DNA of 64,000 nt. It comes from a virus. Its lineage: Duplodnaviria; Caudoviricetes. The DNA is taken from positions 96,001 through 160,000 of IMG/VR virus record IMGVR_UViG_3300028886_000036; one strand, 5' to 3'. Below the pieces are notes generated by a model that was not told where the DNA came from, did no database searches, and saw only the letters and a list, made by a program, of their open reading frames with translations. Of the stretch, positions 57,477 to 64,000 are shown piece by piece. Position 1 is the first letter of the stretch, and every line of letters begins with the position of its first letter. Position numbers and translations under genes: made by a program.

Positions 57477-60296
57477 TTAAATAAATAACGCTGATCTTAA
57501 CAATGAAAAGTCTTTTACTTCTTCTAATTGAGGTAATCCCTCATTTAAATACTTTTTAAGATGATATGAAAACCTTTCAAAAGCTAATGCTTGTTCAGGC
57601 ATCATACTAATAATCCTATTTAGACCAACAAATTCATACCCTTCATCTTGATGAAGTCTATATGAATTATAATGATTACTAGCACTTCTGCAAAGCATAG
57701 CAATTATTAGCTCAAAGTTTACTAAGTCTATTGTAGCACAAGATCCATATATGTCAATTATTTGATAGATATACTCTTGTATACTTAAATCGGACTTGTT
57801 ATTCTTGTAGGGATTGTTAAGCAGAGTTGATAATGTTGTAACTGCATTAACAACATCTTTAGATTCAATATTAACTTTAGCAATCTTCTGCCCTGAAATA
57901 AACTTATAGCAATTAGGATCATCACCATATGGTTCTATTAATGGATCAAAGTTTTCTATATTGGTAAGCTCACGTTCAACCCCATCAATATCAAATATTA
58001 CTGTATCATTATTAGTCATAAACATACCGTCAACTTTAGCTCTCCAAACGCCATTTTTCATATCAAAAAATTCCTTAAACTCTGTTGTCGGATCATCTAC
58101 AGAACCACTAGTATGTTTAGTCCTAAGTGTTAACTGGGTTGTTCTTTCACCTAACGACTGGGCAGCTATAAGACCTATTAAATGAGATTTATGAACATTA
58201 AATAAATCACCATAGCATCTTTTACAGATTTTACTGTCAGTACATGTAATAGGTGAATATAAGTCTATTACCTTACCAATATATTCTTTATAGTTATCAT
58301 CTGTGATCTTTCCTTGTTTAGTATATCTACCGTGTAGCATTTTAGCTATCTTTTCATCTCTTACATAGAACTGAAAGGTCTTATCTTCATCACAATGATC
58401 CTTATCAGATAATTGCAATGGAGATAATAGATAAACTAACTTTCTAGTAAGATATCCAGACTTAGCTGTGTTTTCAGCAGTATCTATTAATCCTTTTCTA
58501 CCACCATAACAGGTAGTAAAGAATTCTTCTTTAGTTAACCCGTCCAATAAGGAATGAACAACCGGATCAGGAAGTATCTTACCAGTAACATCGCTAATAT
58601 ACCCCTTTTCCGAAGCGATCTGTCTATATTGATCCCAATTACCTCTAGCACCACTTCTAATCATAAGAGTAGCACTATTATCTTCTACGGTATCTGGGTC
58701 AAAATGCTTAGGATCTTTTATTATAAAATCTTTAACACTAAGTGTTCCGAAGCTATTACTAAACCCTTCTCTGCACAACACATCCATCATATAAATCCAA
58801 TCATAACTATTGATTACTTTTTCAGCATAATCTATAAAGGCATGAATCTTCTTTTTTACAAGTTGTGTATTGAATACTTTAAACAACTCTAAATTATTCC
58901 AAGAAGATTCTGGTATAGCTTTTTTAAATAACTCAATACGTCTTTCAGTGGTGGGTATTCCAAAATACTCAGTTTTAGCTGAATAGTCTCCTGAAGTAAT
59001 TTTAGCCAAACCCATAACTTCGTCCTGTTTAAATGTATAAGTTATTTCTCCATTAGATGGTAATCTTTTATTAGATGTAATCCACATCTTTTCAGCAGCA
59101 TCTTTTATTGAGATACTACTAGGCACATACATGGCCATCTGATCCCCATCAAAGTCTGCGTTGTACCCATCTGTAACTAAAGGATGTATAGTTATAACAT
59201 CATCCCAAATAACGTCAAATACTTTGGAGGATTGGAATGATGGCCTGTGTAAAGTAGGTTGTCTATTAAGAAACACATATGTTCCAACTACTATTTTTTT
59301 AAGTATTGACATTATTGATTCCTTTAAATATGGCTTATCATAATCCCTCAATACTTGTAATGGACTTATGTGATTTTCTTCAGCAACTAATCTTAATACT
59401 TGTGGTTTATATACTTCTTTAGCAATTCCATAAGGTATCTTACAATAACCTAGTGGTAGATTTGTTCCATCTACTGTAATAACTGCTCTGCCACTATAAT
59501 CTATTCTTTTCCCTAACACACTAGATCTAAGAAATCCAGTCTTCTTTTCAAATTTGCCAAGTAGAGTTTTAAAGAGCTCATCTACCTTATATTGTATGGA
59601 AGTGTGTGTTGACTGGAAAATAAATGGTGCGTACTCAATATCAGCTAATTGCCTAAGTATATTAGTATACTTTTCATTTAACTCATCTGAAAAGAATTGT
59701 TTCTCATCATTAGCAGATTGCATAAGTGGTCTAGTTTCTGGTGGTATAACTGGAACATAATGAAGAAAAAGATACTTCTCATATTTACTTACAAATTCTT
59801 TAAAGTTATCGGAGTGTTCCATTAGATATGGATATACTATATCCTTAAATGCTTCTGGTCCACTCTCATATCCGTCTTCAGTTCTGGGTCCAACTATTAC
59901 TTTACCAGAATCATCAGTTTTCACACCGATTCTACCAAGTATTAGTTTACTAATTTTTAACTTACTAATAGCTTTAGATATGCTAATCTTATCTAACATA
60001 TCTAATAGTATTGGATTAACTATTACAATGTTTTTAGGTATTTCTATAGCTGCAAATGTAGTTCTTCTCTTATCACATGTATCTACAGTAACTCCGCAAT
60101 ATTCACAGGTTAATCCTATATGTTCTTTACCATGAAGTCTTCCACAGCTACATGTATAATCTTTAACTGGTCCAAAAATAACTTCACTAAATAACCCATC
60201 TTTATGGAAGGATCTAGCTCTATACATTATTTGTGGGGATTTAACTAGTGGCAATTTACTACACCACTCATTTATATCAATAAGTTCTAGTTTCAA
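57477..60296 (-). CDS. rpoC: Phage-encoded RNA polymerase beta' subunit
   Basis: GLFSEVIFGP with Zn finger, GKRIDYSGR, LNRQPTLHR, NADFDGDQM, bridge helix TAKSGYLTRKL, trigger loop AAQSLGE-x-x-TQLTLRT. Confidence 0.96.
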   Translation of the reverse strand: MKLELIDINEWCSKLPLVKSPQIMYRARSFHKDGLFSEVIFGPVKDYTCSCGRLHGKEHIGLTCEYCGVTVDTCDKRRTTFAAIEIPKNIVIVNPILLDMLDKISISKAISKLKISKLILGRIGVKTDDSGKVIVGPRTEDGYESGPEAFKDIVYPYLMEHSDNFKEFVSKYEKYLFLHYVPVIPPETRPLMQSANDEKQFFSDELNEKYTNILRQLADIEYAPFIFQSTHTSIQYKVDELFKTLLGKFEKKTGFLRSSVLGKRIDYSGRAVITVDGTNLPLGYCKIPYGIAKEVYKPQVLRLVAEENHISPLQVLRDYDKPYLKESIMSILKKIVVGTYVFLNRQPTLHRPSFQSSKVFDVIWDDVITIHPLVTDGYNADFDGDQMAMYVPSSISIKDAAEKMWITSNKRLPSNGEITYTFKQDEVMGLAKITSGDYSAKTEYFGIPTTERRIELFKKAIPESSWNNLELFKVFNTQLVKKKIHAFIDYAEKVINSYDWIYMMDVLCREGFSNSFGTLSVKDFIIKDPKHFDPDTVEDNSATLMIRSGARGNWDQYRQIASEKGYISDVTGKILPDPVVHSLLDGLTKEEFFTTCYGGRKGLIDTAENTAKSGYLTRKLVYLLSPLQLSDKDHCDEDKTFQFYVRDEKIAKMLHGRYTKQGKITDDNYKEYIGKVIDLYSPITCTDSKICKRCYGDLFNVHKSHLIGLIAAQSLGERTTQLTLRTKHTSGSVDDPTTEFKEFFDMKNGVWRAKVDGMFMTNNDTVIFDIDGVERELTNIENFDPLIEPYGDDPNCYKFISGQKIAKVNIESKDVVNAVTTLSTLLNNPYKNNKSDLSIQEYIYQIIDIYGSCATIDLVNFELIIAMLCRSASNHYNSYRLHQDEGYEFVGLNRIISMMPEQALAFERFSYHLKKYLNEGLPQLEEVKDFSLLRSALFI

Positions 60297-60328
60297 AATA
60301 AGTACTCCCTTCTAATAGGATACTTATT

Positions 60329-60356
60329 ATTATATACTAAAAATTAAAAAAGTCAA
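60329..60356 (-). promoter_or_regulatory. SigA-like promoter for the rpoC-rpoB operon
   Basis: TTGACT-16 nt-TATAAT about 30 nt upstream of the TTG start. Confidence 0.65.
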
Positions 60357-60383
60357 GTGGATGGATGTGTATCCACCCACTTG
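60346..60383 (-). terminator. Intrinsic terminator after the HNH gene
   Basis: CAAGTGGGTGGAT-acac-ATCCATCCACTTG then a T tract on the minus strand. Confidence 0.75.
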
Positions 60384-60390
60384 AATTATA

Positions 60391-61536
60391 TTATTTATTA
60401 TTTTTTCGTCTATTACAATCTTTACAAAGCATTTGAAGATTGTCTTCGCTTGTATGGCCGCCAAGACTCCACGGAATAATGTGGTCACCTTGCATATCTT
60501 CAAATTCAAATTTCTTACCACAAATCGGACATATATGATTTTGTTTCTCATAAACACGTCTTTTCTGATTTTCTGTAAAAGATCTAATAGACAAATATTT
60601 CTCATAGTTAATACTTCTATCAGAAAGAAGATATGGAATAATGCCAGAATGTTTGGTTACATCATCATCTTGCATAAGTTCAGTCACTTCTTTAGAAAGA
60701 TTGTTTACATCATAATAATTATCTTTATATTTATTATAAAGTAAACCCCAATCTTGGCAATCTGTAACACCTTTTATTTTTATCGGGAAAAGATCTTTAG
60801 CCCAAGTGATTACAGCCTTAAAGTATCTCCACAATTCACTCGCATCTAAATCATGTTGATGAAGAGCCATATACTCTTCAATTGAAGACACATTAGTCTT
60901 ATCAACTATCCAAGCAAGTACCTTTTCAAAATATTCTTGCCTAATTGAATTACCTTTAACATATCCTTCAGAAAGTTTATATGCTGCACAACCCTTTTTA
61001 GAAAAATACAGCTTTGCATCAGATACCCCAGGGCCACAATATGCAGCATTCCTTAATTCTTGACTGGTTAAAACAGCATTAGCTATATTAATAGTTTTAA
61101 ACCAATCTAGTTTTTGAGCTTCAGTACCTTCACAGATTTCGATAAGTAATTCATAATTCAAAATAGAATTTTTCTCTTCATCAGATAAATTATGAAAATA
61201 TCTTGCGTTTCCGTCTATAACAACTGCAAACGTATCCGTCACAAATTGACAAATCGAAATAGTTCTTTGCTGTCCATCAATCAGCTCATACGTATCATTG
61301 CCTTTATCATCAACATTTTTAGACCAGTACATTGCATTAAGTGGCCTGTGTTTAAAAACTGATACAATAACTTCATTTCTTTGTTTTTCGTTATATACAA
61401 ACTCTCTTTGAAAATTAGGTCTTATAGTAAGTTTACCATTATATCCAAAAACACCATCATCCCCAAGATCAACATATCCATTAACTACTTCAGATACTTT
61501 AATAGATTTTGCCGTATAAGTCATATCTGCAGCCAT
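60391..61536 (-). CDS. DUF262 (GmrS-like)-HNH endonuclease
   Basis: FQREFV, DGQQR, F-x-x-IN; C-terminal CPIC...DHIIPW...GG...NLQ-x-LC-x-x-CN. Confidence 0.9.
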   Translation of the reverse strand: MAADMTYTAKSIKVSEVVNGYVDLGDDGVFGYNGKLTIRPNFQREFVYNEKQRNEVIVSVFKHRPLNAMYWSKNVDDKGNDTYELIDGQQRTISICQFVTDTFAVVIDGNARYFHNLSDEEKNSILNYELLIEICEGTEAQKLDWFKTINIANAVLTSQELRNAAYCGPGVSDAKLYFSKKGCAAYKLSEGYVKGNSIRQEYFEKVLAWIVDKTNVSSIEEYMALHQHDLDASELWRYFKAVITWAKDLFPIKIKGVTDCQDWGLLYNKYKDNYYDVNNLSKEVTELMQDDDVTKHSGIIPYLLSDRSINYEKYLSIRSFTENQKRRVYEKQNHICPICGKKFEFEDMQGDHIIPWSLGGHTSEDNLQMLCKDCNRRKNNK

Positions 61537-61548
61537 TATAATTTTCCT

Positions 61549-62523
61549 CTACTTTCTTTTTATAAAAATTCTAGTATACAATCTCTTACCATTAATAACC
61601 CCGCATCCGCCTCTATCTTCATCACTTTGCTTATACTTTAATTGATTGTCTAATATATGTTTAGGGCAACATGCTTTAGTATTACCACTAGCTTGCCACA
61701 CTATTTCAAATTGATCTGGACAATATTTATCTATAAACGATATTGGAACTCCCATTATGCCAATATAGTTATCAGGAATCTTGTCAGTTTTATCTACATT
61801 AATAGCGTCAAAATTATCATATTTAGGATATTCTTTTGGGTCATATGTTGCATATAACTTCAATTCCTGATGTCGTTTATTATGGTCAAGATTTGTGAAC
61901 CAACAAATATTACCAAGTGATTGATATCTAATACCATCTTTCTCAATCTGATTATCTCGCTTAGGAGCATTATTAGGTATTTTAAAAGTCATGCTTTTAT
62001 GGGCAGACGCACCAAGCCATATTTTATCATATTTAAATAGTGGAAATATCTCTTTACACACTATAGCATTTTGATTTCCTATAATTAAAAATTTTTTATC
62101 GTATTCTATTAATTGCGCTAAGTATTCTCTAAACAAACTAAATGGAGGATTAGTTACAACTATATCTGCTTCTTTTAAAAGATCGATGCATTCTTGATTC
62201 CTAAAATCACCGTTAGATATCAATGGGGTCGTTGTACAAAATGAAACATCATTATCGTTACCACCACAATATTCTACTTTATATGTAGGTTTTTCTTTAT
62301 CATAATGAGTAGCTATAAGTTTCTTTAATCCTAGTGCCCCAAATAATAAATGAAAATATTCCCAAAAAGCTGAACTTTCATCATCACAATTACACAATAC
62401 AATTTTATCTTTAAAATGAGATTTATAATAAACTAATTCGTTTTCAACATCTATTCTCTGTGTATAAAATTCATCGTTTTTTTCTTTTTTAGCTTTATGC
62501 AGTGTCTTAATACTATTAGCCAT
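61549..62523 (-). CDS. Adenine-specific DNA methyltransferase (EcoRI-methylase family)
   Basis: KNDEFYT, LCNCDD, GDFR, DIVVTNPPFSLFREY, GIMGVPI. Confidence 0.9.
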   Translation of the reverse strand: MANSIKTLHKAKKEKNDEFYTQRIDVENELVYYKSHFKDKIVLCNCDDESSAFWEYFHLLFGALGLKKLIATHYDKEKPTYKVEYCGGNDNDVSFCTTTPLISNGDFRNQECIDLLKEADIVVTNPPFSLFREYLAQLIEYDKKFLIIGNQNAIVCKEIFPLFKYDKIWLGASAHKSMTFKIPNNAPKRDNQIEKDGIRYQSLGNICWFTNLDHNKRHQELKLYATYDPKEYPKYDNFDAINVDKTDKIPDNYIGIMGVPISFIDKYCPDQFEIVWQASGNTKACCPKHILDNQLKYKQSDEDRGGCGVINGKRLYTRIFIKRK

Positions 62524-62570
62524 ATTTTAATAAAAACACTCTCTCTTTCTTATTCTCTATTTTTTTTTAC

Positions 62571-62602
62571 TGTGAGATAGTGGTAAGTGCCACTATCTCA
62601 CA
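62571..62602. other. Perfect 13-bp inverted repeat
   Basis: TGTGAGATAGTGG-taagtg-CCACTATCTCACA; no T tract in the transcribed direction. Confidence 0.8.
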
Positions 62603-62612
62603 AGTATTACAT

Positions 62613-63887
62613 CTACTTTAAACTATCAACAATTTCATTTACACAAAAACTATCAAGATTAGTTAAGTTATTCTGTGTTTCTTTTAATTCATCTTCTACA
62701 CTTTGCAGTTTCTTTTCAGCATTACAGATCTGCTTAAGATTGTACTGCATAAGTGTATCAGTTAACTCATCAGAAATACCAAGCTTCTTTTTAACACGAT
62801 CCCTTGTCTTATCATTCAAAGGATTCAAGTAAGGCTTCATCTTAATCAGCCAATTAGTAAGATCAATTTTATCTTGAAGAACTTTAACTGCCTTATTAAG
62901 ATGATTCTCTACAGCTTTCTTATAATAACTATAGGTAGTTTGTACAATTTCAGGCAAGCTGTAATGTCTCACAATTTGCTTATTGTGAAAAATCAGCTCA
63001 CATTTTAACTTACCCTTAAGCTCTTTATTCAGATCATAACTATCAATGTTTTTCCCTCTCGGTAAAGATACTTCAACATTTGTAGTATCCTTACTAAGAT
63101 CTGTAAGGGATGCATCTTCAAAAGAACTTAACAAACCCCTGGGTGAATTTTTCATCAAAGGAAACTCTAATATATTAAACGACTTTTTATCCGAAGCTGT
63201 TACATATCTAGCAACTGTTTCAATAGTTCCAACACCTTTACTATACAAATCAGCTGGGCACGGAACTTCAATTGTTCTATATTGGACTCTAACTGATTGA
63301 GTTTTCGGATTCTTTAAAAGTTCAAGAAGATCTTCCATTTTAAACTTTGGAAGATAAAACGCTATACAAAATCCTATTGCATATACAAATGTTTCATAGT
63401 TTGTCAAATGACAGATATTAAGCGGAAACGGTGTAGGCAAATACTCCGGTTCTTTATTACCCAAATCATTGATAAAATATGGAACATCGTCTATATACTT
63501 AAAAGCTAATTTCAATATTCGTGGATCCAACATACATTCTGTATATCTAGTAGCTGCGGCTTCAATTGGATCCAATCCGACATTAGATCCAAAATTACCT
63601 TTGCCTTTCATTAACCCATCTCTAACCATCCCTTCAATACATCCAGCGATTGAAGAATCACCGTGTGGGTGAAACTTTCCCATAGTCTCACCCACAACTC
63701 GTGCAGTCTTAGTTAATGAATCTTTAGCTACCAGGTATGTTGCATATAATGTTCTTCTCTGTACTGACTTAAGCCCATCAGCTTCGTAGCAAACTACTCT
63801 ACCATCATCAATATTAATATATCTTCCGTATTCTGTGTAGTTTGCTTTTACAATGTCACTAGCCGCTTTTTGCGTTATATATGCCAT
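62613..63887 (-). CDS. Type IIA topoisomerase GyrA/ParC-like subunit lacking the CTD (T4 gp52-like)
   Basis: DGLKSVQRR, GKFHPHGD, GNFGS, AATRYTE (catalytic Tyr); only 424 aa. Confidence 0.92.
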   Translation of the reverse strand: MAYITQKAASDIVKANYTEYGRYINIDDGRVVCYEADGLKSVQRRTLYATYLVAKDSLTKTARVVGETMGKFHPHGDSSIAGCIEGMVRDGLMKGKGNFGSNVGLDPIEAAATRYTECMLDPRILKLAFKYIDDVPYFINDLGNKEPEYLPTPFPLNICHLTNYETFVYAIGFCIAFYLPKFKMEDLLELLKNPKTQSVRVQYRTIEVPCPADLYSKGVGTIETVARYVTASDKKSFNILEFPLMKNSPRGLLSSFEDASLTDLSKDTTNVEVSLPRGKNIDSYDLNKELKGKLKCELIFHNKQIVRHYSLPEIVQTTYSYYKKAVENHLNKAVKVLQDKIDLTNWLIKMKPYLNPLNDKTRDRVKKKLGISDELTDTLMQYNLKQICNAEKKLQSVEDELKETQNNLTNLDSFCVNEIVDSLK

Positions 63888-64000
63888 TATAAATAGTTCC
63901 TCACGTAGTATTCAAGTTCTTCTTCAAAGTTATCCATCATGATATCACTATTTGTTTCTGCTGAACCTTGTTCAATATCTGACGAATATCTTCTCAAAGC
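63887..64000 (-). CDS. 3' end of an upstream gene (partial, unknown)
   Basis: Open frame ...DNFEEELEYYVRNYL* whose TAA overlaps the topoisomerase ATG. Confidence 0.6.
   Translation of the reverse strand, partial: ALRRYSSDIEQGSAETNSDIMMDNFEEELEYYVRNYL

Noticed and set aside
54092-60296. Host chromosomal rpoBC locus; introns or inteins in the RNAP genes
   Set aside because: Reversed order, reduced size, no ribosomal-protein neighbours and phage context; ORFs are continuous with no intein motifs noticed.
871-63672. Many short antisense or nested ORFs in the track (e.g. 8627, 11606, 23560, 28366, 44487, 50598, 58554, 63046)
   Set aside because: They lie within long genes with clear motifs and are best explained as codon-bias shadows.
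1-64000. Stop-codon reassignment (TAG/TGA recoding) as in some gut jumbo phages
   Set aside because: Conserved genes are full length in code 11, and several end in TAG directly before the next RBS.
1-64000. Uracil-containing DNA (AR9/PBS1-like), suggested by the AACA motif
   Set aside because: An intact dUTPase argues for thymine DNA.
1-64000. tRNA, rRNA or IS elements
   Set aside because: No cloverleaf, rRNA-like or transposase signatures recognised by eye; tRNAscan-SE or Infernal would be needed to exclude them.

Overview
An AT-rich segment of a large (jumbo-type) tailed phage genome, probably a myovirus. The host is inferred to be an anaerobic Bacillota member, from strong GGAGG(TGA) RBSs, many TTG/GTG starts, SigA-like promoters and O2-sensitive radical SAM enzymes. 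From about 1 to 38 kb the + strand carries virion genes: a partial baseplate-wedge-like gene, six large tail-fibre/fibre-associated genes, a fibre chaperone and a gp5/VgrG-type spike. These are interrupted by minus-strand clusters of small Cys-rich paralogs and a lytic transglycosylase. From about 39 to 64 kb the - strand carries replication and transcription genes: thymidylate kinase, dUTPase, SbcC/SbcD, MoxR-type AAA+ with a vWA/metallopeptidase partner, unsplit RNA polymerase beta and beta' subunits, an adenine MTase plus DUF262-HNH cassette, and a GyrA/ParC-type topoisomerase subunit. The most striking element is a six-gene cassette inside the tail-fibre operon (15.7-20.0 kb). It has two radical SAM/SPASM enzymes, an apparently inactive rSAM paralog and two Cys-repeat precursor-like proteins, so it is a candidate phage-encoded RiPP-like or virion-protein modification system. 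Other observations: ATA/ATT starts missed by the ORF track, a candidate phage late-promoter motif (TGAACAAATAT), an iteron-like repeat array, and a roughly 16-member Cys-rich paralog family. All family assignments come from motif recognition by eye; no searches were run.
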